In this document: positions 28,327 to 42,629 of the stretch, piece after piece
How positions within the stretch are numbered: position 1 is the stretch's first letter
Layout: each line of letters starts with the position of its first letter
From: Rhodothermales bacterium
GTDB taxonomy: Bacteria; Bacteroidota; Rhodothermia; Rhodothermales; Bin80
Length of the DNA stretch: 64,000 nucleotides
NCBI GenBank assembly: GCA_951812585.1
Contig: OX638318.1
Location: 1,240,819 to 1,304,818 of the forward strand
Direction of reading: 5' to 3'
Position numbers and translations under genes: made by a program
Notes under the pieces: model-generated
Database searches by the model: none
What the model was told of the DNA's origin: nothing
Seen by the model: only the letters and a program-made list of their open reading frames with translations

Positions 28327-28930
28327 ATTGATCTGCTCCGATGAAACAGGTCAATATATGAACCCGCTTGCTGGTGTCAGCGTGCGAGCTTCAGTACTTT
28401 GCCACGCCGCTTGGCCTGCGCAAAGCTGATCCAGAATCGCAGCCTGCGTCTACCCCGTCCGGTCTTGCCAGAAGCGATCTTGCGTCGGCCTCGAAGCCGC
28501 GCATTGCGTCGTTTCATACGACCTGCCTCCCATAAGTCAATTCCATGCATTTTCACATCATAAATATTACAATGCAATGCTGCCATACTGTGAATAAATT
28601 GTTACCGTTATCTGATCATTCATGGTGCACTTGCGCGGGCGGCAGCACCCTGTGGGATGCGTTGCGAGACCGTCTGGCGAAAGCATACAGTGTCCGATGA
28701 ACCCGCTCTCTGACGGTTGCACTAAACGTAGGAACACAAGGCCTAGCCCACAATGCAAGCCATCCGGCGGACAAGATGCTCTTGCCGGCCGGACTGCGTA
28801 AGGAGCACACCCAGTCGGCAGCGAAGTCCGACTGCTCCCTGACCAGCCCAGGCAAAGCCTGTGCGCTGCACGCCGTCGGACACTTGCGCCGCAGGCACAT
28901 GAGGTCGGGCGCAACCGGTCAGCCAGCGCG

Positions 28931-29203
28931 TCAATAACGCCGCGCCGGGATTCGTATAGAGTGGATCTCCCTGGATTCGCCTACCAGCGTGCCGTCCTGC
29001 GCGAACCACTGATGTCCCTTCCGGTAGGCGGATTTGTAGGATTGCGCACCATTCAGTTCCACTGCATAGGACTGTTCTTCCTTGGTCAGCTCTTCGATGA
29101 TTTGGCACTGAAAGGTCCGCACTGGACGCCTTCGGCGCGTTCGGGCCGCGTAACGCGGCCTGCCTTGCGCTGGGAGGATTGTCGTGTTAGATTCTGCTTT
29201 CAT
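28931..29203 (-). CDS. Hypothetical small protein (90 aa)
   Basis: This is the inner ATG of ORF 28931..29296 (MKAESNTTILPAQGRPRYAARTRRRRP...KGHQWFAQDGTLVGESREIH). No family was recognised, and the coding call is weak. Confidence 0.25.
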   Translation of the reverse strand: MKAESNTTILPAQGRPRYAARTRRRRPVRTFQCQIIEELTKEEQSYAVELNGAQSYKSAYRKGHQWFAQDGTLVGESREIHSIRIPARRY

Positions 29204-29358
29204 GGGGTGGCACAGCCGTTGATTGCGTCCGCAAGTTACACGCAGGTGGCCCTGTGCCTGTGCACAATTTGCCAACAAGAAACGCACATCTTCCACAAGA
29301 CAGCTTTAACAAAGCCGCCTCCTTCTACGTACAACGCAAAACGCCAAATCCTGCGCTT

Positions 29359-30399
29359 ATGGCCACTGCCCTCTTTGTCGGCACAGATAAGGGTGCCTTT
29401 CTCTTCCGCAGCCACGACCGTGTGCACTGGCAGCAGGAAGCGCCTCAGTTCAAAGGCTGGAAGGTGACTGCAATCGGGCGGGCCCGCGACGGCCGCTTTG
29501 TGGCGGGCAGCGCCAGCCATGTTTACGGGCCGCTGCTGCACCTGAGTGATGACTTGACGCGCTGGAGCGCAGTAGACCAGGGACCCCGTTATACGAATGG
29601 GCGCAAGCTGGAACAGATCTGGACGATCACGGCAACGCAGCGGGGGCACTACGCAGGCGTAGCCGAGGCAGGCCTCTTTTTCGCCGTAGACCCTGAAGGA
29701 CCCTGGGTCGCGGTGCCCGGACTCAATGACCACCCGACCCGACCCGCTTGGCAGCCTGGTCTGGGCGGACTCTGCGCGCATGTAGTATTGGAGAATCCTG
29801 TCAATCCAGACCAACTCTGGTGCGGCATCAGCGCAGTCGGCGTATTTCGCTCCGATGATGGCGGCGAGTCTTGGCACCCCAAGAACCGTGGCGTGCCTAT
29901 CGCAATCCCTGACAAGGAACACAAGGAGGTCGGATTCTGCGTGCATGGCCTCGCGCTGGACCCCCGCGACCCATCGGTGCTCTATCGCCAGGATCATCTG
30001 GGTATGTTTCGCTCCACCGATTCTGGAGATTCCTGGCAGCACAGCAACGCAGGGCTGCCTGCAGATTTCGGCTTTCCTGTCGTCGCCGATCCGCACACCG
30101 GCGCGGTCTATGCGTATCCGCTCGAAAGCGATGAGTATCGACTGCCTATGGGCGACGCTATGGCGGTGTACCGCACCACGGATCAGGCGCAGTCGTGGGT
30201 TGCGCGGGGCCAGGGCCTGGCTCATGAGGGCGGATACGCCTCGGTGCTTCGCGGCAGCATGGCTGTAGACGATCAGTCCGGGATCTACTTTGGAACGACG
30301 GCCGGCACCGTGCACTACAGCACGAGCGGCGGCGACGTATGGCACCAGCTGCCGTGCCTTCTTCCGCGCATCCTGTGCGTAAAGGCGTTCAACCTGTAG
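29359..30399 (+). CDS. BNR/Asp-box repeat beta-propeller protein (sialidase-like fold)
   Basis: Track ORF 29254.., trimmed to ATG 29359 (MATALFVGTDKGAFLF). It has four Asp-box-like motifs: RSDDGGESW, RSTDSGDSW, TTDQAQSW and STSGGDVW. Confidence 0.7.
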   Translation: MATALFVGTDKGAFLFRSHDRVHWQQEAPQFKGWKVTAIGRARDGRFVAGSASHVYGPLLHLSDDLTRWSAVDQGPRYTNGRKLEQIWTITATQRGHYAGVAEAGLFFAVDPEGPWVAVPGLNDHPTRPAWQPGLGGLCAHVVLENPVNPDQLWCGISAVGVFRSDDGGESWHPKNRGVPIAIPDKEHKEVGFCVHGLALDPRDPSVLYRQDHLGMFRSTDSGDSWQHSNAGLPADFGFPVVADPHTGAVYAYPLESDEYRLPMGDAMAVYRTTDQAQSWVARGQGLAHEGGYASVLRGSMAVDDQSGIYFGTTAGTVHYSTSGGDVWHQLPCLLPRILCVKAFNL

Positions 30400-30678
30400 A
30401 TGGCACAGGTATCTGTCCACATCCCGTCCATCCTGGCGACGCTCATTGGCGTGCGCGAGGTAGCAGTGAACGCCGACTCTGTCAAGGAAGCGCTCGCTCA
30501 GCTGACAAGCAGACACCCGCCATTGGAGCAGGCCCTCTTTGACGAGGCGGGGGTGCTCCGCGCACATGTGCTGTGCTTTCACAACGCAGAGAACACACGC
30601 TGGCACGCCGAAGGCTTGGATCGCGCAGTCCTGGCAGGGGACCGCATCACCATCCTGCAGGCCGTGGCCGGCGGCTGA
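30400..30678 (+). CDS. MoaD/ThiS-family ubiquitin-like beta-grasp protein
   Basis: 92 aa ending in ..ILQAVAGG*, a C-terminal Gly-Gly. The ATG directly follows the stop of the BNR gene with a 0-nt gap. Confidence 0.7.
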   Translation: MAQVSVHIPSILATLIGVREVAVNADSVKEALAQLTSRHPPLEQALFDEAGVLRAHVLCFHNAENTRWHAEGLDRAVLAGDRITILQAVAGG

Positions 30679-30689
30679 CACTAACCATC

Positions 30690-31064
30690 ATGTCTGTAGC
30701 ATGGATTGACCTTACTGTAGAGAACGCACCGGTCGTGCGCGACTTCTACGCCTCGGTTGTCGGCTGGACACCGCAGCCCGTGCCGATGGGCGGGTATGAC
30801 GATTACAGCATGGCGAAAGACGGGGAACCTGTTGCCGGCATCTGCCACGCCCGCGGCCCTAACGTTGGACTGCCGCCCGTATGGCTGCCGTACTTCCAGG
30901 TGGCCTCCCTGGAAGAAAGCCTGGACGCCGCACGGGCCGGCGGCGGACAAATCCTCATCGAGCCGCGCGAATGCGGGCCGGGTATGCGTTACGCAGTCGT
31001 GCGAGACCCTTCCGGTGCCGCCGCCGCCCTCATAGAAACCACCGAAACCACCACCGACTCATAG
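30690..31064 (+). CDS. VOC (glyoxalase/bleomycin-resistance) family protein
   Basis: This is the inner ATG of ORF 30573..31064: MSVAWIDLTVENAPVVRDFYASVVGW...GMRYAVVRDPSGAAAALIE, about 124 aa and a typical single VOC module. Confidence 0.65.
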   Translation: MSVAWIDLTVENAPVVRDFYASVVGWTPQPVPMGGYDDYSMAKDGEPVAGICHARGPNVGLPPVWLPYFQVASLEESLDAARAGGGQILIEPRECGPGMRYAVVRDPSGAAAALIETTETTTDS

Positions 31065-31089
31065 CCTTATCGCAAATGGATCGGTGCCC

Positions 31090-31114
31090 CCTGCAATTGC
31101 AAGCAGGCTTTTTT
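31090..31114 (+). terminator. Possible intrinsic terminator
   Basis: CCTGC-AATTGCAA-GCAGG stem-loop followed by CTTTTTTC, 26 nt after the VOC stop. The stem is short at 5 bp. Confidence 0.35.
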
Positions 31115-31175
31115 CTGTCCTGTTGCGCAAGGTGCTGCCCTGTCCTATTTTAGGAATCCGTTACACATCATCGCT

Positions 31176-36545
<5,370 letters not shown>

Positions 36546-36721
36546 CCCGATGTAAGGCGAATCAGCGCGCAACGGCGCGCAAGTCGCCCTCTTGACCGGC
36601 ACCCCTGACCCGTCGCAATGGCGTCCTTCTGCACCCGCACATGGGCGGCAGGTGCTGGCCAAGCTCGTTTTCTTCGCTGCCCGATGTGCTTCCACCCATA
36701 ACGGACGGCAGCCTGCGTAAC

Positions 36722-36833
36722 CCACTGATAAATTCCACTATTCCAAGCGAAGGAGTCCAACCTGGGCTGGGGCGCGCACGCCCGCGTCGTAGCGCCGCTG
36801 ATGGATTCCATTATTCCAAGCGAAGGAGTCCAA
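36722..36833. repeat. Two copies of a ~40-bp direct repeat with 72-bp period, in the polA-xth intergenic region
   Basis: CC(A/G)CTGAT(AA/GG)ATTCCA(C/T)TATTCCAAGCGAAGGAGTCCAAC occurs at 36722-36761 and 36794-33 (36794-36833). The 30-nt core has a single mismatch and contains an internal ATTCCA sub-repeat. Confidence 0.6.
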
Positions 36834-37090
36834 CTAACCTGCGCAAGGCCGAGAGCGTAGCGTAGCCGCACCAAGCCTCGAAGGTTGCGCCAGACCAGTG
36901 GATAAGCGGCAGGCGTACGCATAGCAGTCGGCAGGCGTCGCAGCAAACGTATGCCAGGCGCTACGTCAAGTCAGGAACAGGCCCTGCGACCAGGTGCCGC
37001 GGGGCGTGTACATGCCCTTCGGCGCATAAGGGGCGTTCGGAAGCCCGGGCAATCCGAGCCGCTGCCTTGGGGCACGCACTTTCGCAACGG

Positions 37091-37864
37091 CTACGGCACA
37101 AGGAGCCGTGCCAGAACCGGCGCATGGTCAGAGGGACGCTCGCGCCCGCGCTCCTCAACGTCCACCCAGGCGTTGACGGCGCGCGCAGCCAGCCCCGGCG
37201 TCATCAGGATGTGATCAATTCGAACACCATCATTCCACTGAAATGCTCTCGTCCGGTAATCCCACCATGTGTAAATACCCGGCCCGGGGGCAAACCTGCG
37301 CAGGACATCTTCAAGCCCGAAACGCTCCATAATTGCGCCTAGCGCGCTGCGCGTGTCAGGATCACAAAGCACCGAGCCTTCCCATTTCGCCGGATGCGCC
37401 GTGTCGTGGTCGTTCAGTATCACATTGAAATCACCCATCAGCACAAACTCGCCTACCAGCGACGCTTCCCGCTGGAGAAAATCCTCCAGGTGTACCAGCC
37501 ATTGCCGCTTGTACTGATACTTGGGCGAGCCAACACGCTGGCCGTTAGGAACGTACACATTGACCCACCGCACGCCGTACGCGGTGGCCGCGATGACACG
37601 CGCCTCCTCATCCAAACCCGTGACAACCTGCTGCGCCGGATCCCGCGTCAAGATTGCTACGCCGTTGTATGTGGGCTGACCGTGCAGCTCCACCGTGTAT
37701 CCCGAATTCAAAAGCTCCGCACTCGGAAAGTCCTGGTACCTACATTTGATCTCCTGAAGGCACACTACATCGGGCTTGTGCGCCGTGAGGAACGCGCAGA
37801 TCCGTGACAGGCGCGCGTTCACCGAGTTCACGTTCCAGGTGACAAACTTGATCTCTGACTTCAT
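37091..37864 (-). CDS. xth: Exodeoxyribonuclease III (AP endonuclease, Xth family)
   Basis: Track ORF 37091..38056, trimmed to ATG 37864 (MKSEIKFVTWNVNSVNARL). Motifs include DVVCLQEIK, GDFNV and the C-terminal SDHAPV. 257 aa. Confidence 0.9.
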   Translation of the reverse strand: MKSEIKFVTWNVNSVNARLSRICAFLTAHKPDVVCLQEIKCRYQDFPSAELLNSGYTVELHGQPTYNGVAILTRDPAQQVVTGLDEEARVIAATAYGVRWVNVYVPNGQRVGSPKYQYKRQWLVHLEDFLQREASLVGEFVLMGDFNVILNDHDTAHPAKWEGSVLCDPDTRSALGAIMERFGLEDVLRRFAPGPGIYTWWDYRTRAFQWNDGVRIDHILMTPGLAARAVNAWVDVEERGRERPSDHAPVLARLLVP

Positions 37865-38116
37865 GGCATCGTGCAATACGCTTGCAAGATACGAAGGGTC
37901 ATCAAGGAGCATGCTCCATATGTGTACGGCACGTTGGGTTTTTGGGGCAGGTGAAAAATTTTTTGCCTGTGGGACGGCCCACATGCGCCACCGAGGCCAC
38001 GGCCCCGCCTTAGCGGCTGCGCCGCGCACGCGCCGCCACCAAGACCGCATTGCCATGGCAGCAGCCTGTTGCGGTGCGCCTTACGCCTTCCCATCCAGAC
38101 ATTTCCCGTCAGAATC

Positions 38117-38605
38117 ATGAAGACCGTACTGCTCTTTCGCCACGGCAAATCCGACTGGAACGCGCCGTACTCCCACGACCACGAGCGGCCACTGGCGGCG
38201 CGCGGCAGGAAGGCCTCGGAGGCGATGGGCCGTTGGCTTGCGACGCAGGGTCCCCTGCCGGACCAAATCATCTGCTCGACTGCCAAGCGGGCGCGGCAGA
38301 CCTGTCTGCGAGCAGCCAAAGCGGGAGGCTGGGACGCGCCCATCACCTATGACCGCAGCCTCTATGGCGCAATGCCCGAGACGCTCCTTAATCATATTCG
38401 GGCACAGCCGCATGATGCCGCGTGCGTCATGCTGGTAGGACACCAGCCAACATGGTCCGCGACCGCGGCGCTGCTCTCCAATGCACCGACAGGGCACTTT
38501 CCTACAGCGACCATGGCTTGCATCGTGATCCCTGCAGCGTCCTGGGTAGAAGTGGCCTTCGGCTCCGGTCGGCTGGCATGGCTGCAGCGTCCCAAAGAGC
38601 TGTAG
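38117..38605 (+). CDS. Histidine phosphatase family protein, SixA-like
   Basis: Track ORF 38069.., trimmed to ATG 38117 (MKTVLLFRHGKSDW). It has the RHG catalytic motif, RPLAARGRKAS, STAKRARQT and LVGHQP. Confidence 0.75.
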   Translation: MKTVLLFRHGKSDWNAPYSHDHERPLAARGRKASEAMGRWLATQGPLPDQIICSTAKRARQTCLRAAKAGGWDAPITYDRSLYGAMPETLLNHIRAQPHDAACVMLVGHQPTWSATAALLSNAPTGHFPTATMACIVIPAASWVEVAFGSGRLAWLQRPKEL

Positions 38606-38745
38606 CCGACGCGCCTTGAAGTACAACGCCAGACGCTGGCCACCGCGCGGAGCGCACCAAGGCCGGCATCGATGGGTGCCGGCGGCGATGGCCGCCGCGT
38701 GGAGCGCGCCAAGGAGCCTCAGCCGATGCGCCTGGCGCTGGTATG

Positions 38746-41535
38746 CTACCTCGAATCGACGAGCTCCAAACCCAGGGTTTTACCCTTCTGTGTCGCGGGG
38801 ACTCCGTGCTCCATCCACACCGGCGGCGGCGCATCCTTCAGGTAATGGTCAAAGAACTGCTGCATGCGGATGGTCCAGTCCTTGCGATTGGCAAACGTGC
38901 GGAGGCCATGACCCGCACCGTTGTAGTTGAGCATCCAGACGGGCTTGCCCAGCCGGCGCAGCGCGACAAAGAACTCAATGCCCTGGTACCACGGCACCGC
39001 ACCATCGTCGTCATTGTGCATCATCAGCACCGGGGTTTCAATCTTGTCTGCCTGGAAGAGCGGCGAGTTATCAATGTAGCGCAGGGGGTACTCCCACAGC
39101 GAGCCGCCGATGCGACTCTGCGTCTGCTCATACTGGAACATGCGGCTCATACCACTACCCCAACGGATGCCGCCATAGGCGCTGGTCATATTGGACACAG
39201 GCGCACCCGCCTCGGCAGCCTTGAACAGGTTGGTCTCAGTTACCATATAGGCAATCTGATATCCACCCCAACTATGGCCCTGCACACCGATGTTGTCTTC
39301 CTGAACAAACCCCTGGTTGATCAGCATGGTGACACCCGGCACGACGGCGTTAAGGGCGCTTTCGCCAGGATAGCCCACCTTGTACGGGATGTCCGGCACA
39401 AACACCAGGTAGCCCCGGCTTACATAGAAGGAAAAGTTGATGGACGAGCCACCGGCACCCGGGGGACGGTGCTGGTAAAGGCCATTCGACATCTTCTCGT
39501 AGAAGTAGACCATCATGGGATACTTCTCGGCAGGATCGAAGTCCTCAGGCTTGAAAAGCATGCCCTTGAGTGGAATGCCATCCAGAGAAGTCCACGATAC
39601 GAGCTCCGCAGTGCCCCAGCGGTAATCCGCCTGCTGTGGGTTCAAATCGCTTACGCGCTGCATGTCAGCGAACGTGCCGTCCTGCGAAACCCACAGGTCT
39701 TCAAATTCCTCAAAGCTCTCCCGGGTATAGAGGAGCGCGTCTGCATCGGCCGCCTTTTGAGGATACCCAAACGAGCGTGCCATCATGATCAGCTCCTCCG
39801 GCACATCGTCGCCATCCAGATCGTCGGCATAGAAGCCGCCTTCCTTGGTCTCGTCGTGCTGCGCCGACAGCAAGAGCGCCCCGGATATGGCCACCTCATC
39901 ATCGTCCAGCTGTAGATTGCGCAGGCGCAGCTTGTTATGCCTGCCGAAGCCGTCGGTGACAGCGCGCGGCTCTGATTTGCCCTCTGGATCCAGCGCCCAG
40001 ATGTCGTACCGATCATACACCAGGAAGGCCCCATCGCCTTCGGTCCAGCCCACTCTGCCGTAGCTGCTGGGTTTGTAAGGCCAGTCGTGCATTTCGTTGT
40101 CCACGCGATAAGGCAGCGCCGCAGATACGTTCACCGCCGCTCCGCCATCGGATGGCATCGCCATCCATGCCCGGATATCGCGATCCCACCACGATACGTA
40201 CTGCGCTCCCGGTGACAGATATGCCGTGCCCTGGATCCTGCTGAGCAGCAGCGCGCGGCTGCCGTCATCAATGCGGACACTGTAGACATCGTTGTAGCGC
40301 GGCGACTCCCAGGAAATCTCCCGCTGGTAAGGCATATTGGTGTTGGCCAGTCCTATGGGTGCATCCCCCTCGCGACCCACATCTACGAACGGCATATCCT
40401 CACGACCAAGCTGTACCACCCGCCTTTCATCCAGATGCACCACGGCATCATAGGTGCGATTCCGTTGGGACTGCAGCTGCACAAGCTGCATTGGCTGAAG
40501 CAGCATATCTTTCCAATTCCAGATGTCCAGCACAACCTTCTCATCGTCGTCTTCATCATCTTCCGGCTCCGGTTCGGGCCGCGGCTGCGTGCCAAAGAAA
40601 AGACGAGCGCCGGACTTGGAGAACTGGAGGCCCGTCCTCGGACCGATCCACCATCCATCCTCGACGCCCGGTGAGTCAGCCGTGACCAGTGTGTCCAGGA
40701 CCCCGTCCTTCCAGTGGTAAACCTTGACGGCCGGATTGTCAGCTTCGTGATCGTCGCGATTGGACAGGAAGGCAAGCTGCGTTTCGGCTTCGTCAAAGGC
40801 GAGCTGCGAATAATCGCCCTTTCCGGTCAACAGCGTGTCGATTAACCTCCGGTCCGTATCAACCAGCAGCACGCCGCTGTTGACAGAGTCTGGTGTAGCT
40901 GTGGTCACCGCCAGGAAACGGCCCTGCTCCGAGAATGCGTACGACTTGGCATGCGGCAGCATGATCTCTGCGCCATCCTCCAAGTTGTGGAGCACCACCG
41001 TACCCTCTGTGGTACCGTTCTTCTCTTCCGCGGTGGTGTCCGCCGGCTCAGGTTCAAGGTGGTAGGCGATCACGCCGCCCGCCTCCTCCGGTGCACTGTA
41101 CGACTGCACGCGTGGAATACGCAGCACATCGCCCGTGGCCAGGTTGAGTACGGCCAGCGTGTCCTTGGGCATCTCGTCCTCCTCTTTCTTGGCCTTCCGG
41201 GCCGCCTTGAGTGAATCTTCTGCTGGCCGAATCATGAAGAGCACATGCGCCGCGTCTCGCGTGAAACGGGCGTCCTCGCCGCGCGCAAACGTGTATGTGG
41301 CCCCCGAGGCCACGCCATGGACACGCAACGTGGCGTCTTTCTGGTCTGGCCCATAGCCATAGAGCACCCACGCGCCGTCGCTTGAAATCGCGCGCTGTGT
41401 GAAACGATTCCAGAAGTCGTACACATCGTGATCCAGCACCTTCTTGGCGTTCTGGGCAAGGCCATCCATCGCTGGCAGCACCAGCAACAGGATGCAAGTG
41501 AATCGAAACAGGTTAAGCATAGCTTCAGTGTGCAA
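38746..41535 (-). CDS. S9 family serine peptidase with large N-terminal propeller region, secreted
   Basis: 929 aa with signal LFRFTCILLLVLPAMDGLAQ and an acidic linker EPEPEDDEDDDEK. The C-terminal hydrolase has GHSWGGY (GxSxGG), HNDDDGAVP and GAGHGL. Confidence 0.85.
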   Translation of the reverse strand: MHTEAMLNLFRFTCILLLVLPAMDGLAQNAKKVLDHDVYDFWNRFTQRAISSDGAWVLYGYGPDQKDATLRVHGVASGATYTFARGEDARFTRDAAHVLFMIRPAEDSLKAARKAKKEEDEMPKDTLAVLNLATGDVLRIPRVQSYSAPEEAGGVIAYHLEPEPADTTAEEKNGTTEGTVVLHNLEDGAEIMLPHAKSYAFSEQGRFLAVTTATPDSVNSGVLLVDTDRRLIDTLLTGKGDYSQLAFDEAETQLAFLSNRDDHEADNPAVKVYHWKDGVLDTLVTADSPGVEDGWWIGPRTGLQFSKSGARLFFGTQPRPEPEPEDDEDDDEKVVLDIWNWKDMLLQPMQLVQLQSQRNRTYDAVVHLDERRVVQLGREDMPFVDVGREGDAPIGLANTNMPYQREISWESPRYNDVYSVRIDDGSRALLLSRIQGTAYLSPGAQYVSWWDRDIRAWMAMPSDGGAAVNVSAALPYRVDNEMHDWPYKPSSYGRVGWTEGDGAFLVYDRYDIWALDPEGKSEPRAVTDGFGRHNKLRLRNLQLDDDEVAISGALLLSAQHDETKEGGFYADDLDGDDVPEELIMMARSFGYPQKAADADALLYTRESFEEFEDLWVSQDGTFADMQRVSDLNPQQADYRWGTAELVSWTSLDGIPLKGMLFKPEDFDPAEKYPMMVYFYEKMSNGLYQHRPPGAGGSSINFSFYVSRGYLVFVPDIPYKVGYPGESALNAVVPGVTMLINQGFVQEDNIGVQGHSWGGYQIAYMVTETNLFKAAEAGAPVSNMTSAYGGIRWGSGMSRMFQYEQTQSRIGGSLWEYPLRYIDNSPLFQADKIETPVLMMHNDDDGAVPWYQGIEFFVALRRLGKPVWMLNYNGAGHGLRTFANRKDWTIRMQQFFDHYLKDAPPPVWMEHGVPATQKGKTLGLELVDSR

Positions 41536-41756
41536 TAGAAGTGATCATTACGGTTCAGGCGAAGACAACGGCTGTCAAAGGCATGAACAACATGCCGCGC
41601 CAGTGCTGTGACAAGTTGCAGGTTGGCTGGTGTCTTGCAGATGTGGCTTTGAGCCCGGAGCACTTCCGCCTAGTCAAAAATACGCCGCCGAACGGTGCCT
41701 GCCCTGGAGCGTGCCTAGGCAGGCGTGCGGTGCACAGCGCCTGCTGGCCGCACTTC

Positions 41757-42629
41757 CTACGCCCATGCGCCCTCTGGACGGACCTCGTCGTCCCAGACCC
41801 GACCCACCGGGTAGGAGCCCAGGACACGGAGTTCGGCTGCGATCTCTTCCAGATGGCCCAGCGCGCGCTGCACCGTCGGCTCGGCACGGCTGCCGGCTAC
41901 GTCAAGATAGAACAGATACTTGCCAGGACTGCCTACCAGGGGACGGCTTTCAATCTTGTGCAGGTCCAGTTCTCTTAGTGCAAAAACAGCCAGGCTCTTG
42001 AACAGCGCCCCCGGCACATTGGACCGCAACGCAAAGGCGATGGAAGTCTTGTATGCGCGATCGTCTGGCGGCAGCGTAGCGGCTTTGATGGGCAAGGCCA
42101 GCGCCAAAAAGCGCGTATAGTTCTGGGCATGGCTTTCGATGCCCTCGGCCAGAATCCGCAGGCCGTACTTCTTGGCGGCATGGCGCGGCGCAATAGCCGC
42201 GGCGCCCGATTCCGAAGCGCGGGCCACGAGCTTGGCCGCGCCCGCCGTGTCGTATGCCGGCACCGGTTCGGCATGGGACAAGTGCCGCCGCAAGTAGTCC
42301 TGGCACTGTCCCAGGGCCTGCGGATGCGAGAGCACGCGCACAATGTCCTGGATCTCTGTGCCCGGCCGCGCCATCAGACAATGCCGAATGCGCAGCATAA
42401 GCTCGCCCGTGATCTGGATATTATGCATGCGCAGGAGGTCATAGTTGATATGGACGCTGCCAAAGAGCGAGTTCTCTATGGGAATGACCCCGCGTGCAGT
42501 CACATGACCCGTTACGCTCTCAAACACCACCTGCATGGAAGCGCATGGCTCCGGGGCTGCTTCCGGGTACATGATGCGGGCGGCCTGTTCGCTGAAGGCC
42601 CCCGGCTCCCCCTGAAACGCAACTTTCAT
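41757..42629 (-). CDS. pheA: Prephenate dehydratase
   Basis: Track ORF 41757..42770, trimmed to ATG 42629 (MKVAFQGEPGAFSEQAA). It has a PDT domain plus a C-terminal ACT domain (TSIAFALRSNVPGALFKSLAVFALRELDLHKIESRP). The start overlaps the argS stop. Confidence 0.85.
   Translation of the reverse strand: MKVAFQGEPGAFSEQAARIMYPEAAPEPCASMQVVFESVTGHVTARGVIPIENSLFGSVHINYDLLRMHNIQITGELMLRIRHCLMARPGTEIQDIVRVLSHPQALGQCQDYLRRHLSHAEPVPAYDTAGAAKLVARASESGAAAIAPRHAAKKYGLRILAEGIESHAQNYTRFLALALPIKAATLPPDDRAYKTSIAFALRSNVPGALFKSLAVFALRELDLHKIESRPLVGSPGKYLFYLDVAGSRAEPTVQRALGHLEEIAAELRVLGSYPVGRVWDDEVRPEGAWA

Noticed and set aside
28377-28517. 46-aa Arg/Lys-rich ORF (MKRRNARLRGRRKIASGKTGRGRRRLRFWISFAQAKRRGKVLKLAR) preceded by GGGAGG; considered as ribosomal protein L34/Thx-like
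   Set aside because: It does not match the L34 (MKRTFQPS..HGFR..) or Thx consensus. The composition is what a GC-rich spurious frame produces. It is left unannotated.
28590-28930. RNase P RNA, tmRNA or SRP RNA
   Set aside because: The universal motifs are absent on both strands: GAGGAAAGUCCGGGC for RNase P, the GGUUCGA..CCACCA 3' end for tmRNA, and the GGAAGCAGCC helix-8 core for SRP.
29236-30681. 481-aa minus-strand ORF, plus similar long antisense ORFs (3929..4918, 20028..20819, 24780..25550, 34539..35726, 38743..39915, 42908..44488, 47450..48457, 48630..50417, 54044..55228)
   Set aside because: Each lies entirely opposite a gene with strong motif support. Their translations are Arg/Ala/Gly/Pro-rich with no recognisable domains. 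These are the typical shadow ORFs of GC-rich DNA.
36722-36833. Possible CRISPR array (30-nt repeat beginning GTTG on the reverse strand, ~42-nt spacer)
   Set aside because: There are only two repeat copies and no third, degenerate copy at the expected spacing. The window has no cas genes and no leader-like AT-rich flank. It is kept as a generic direct repeat.
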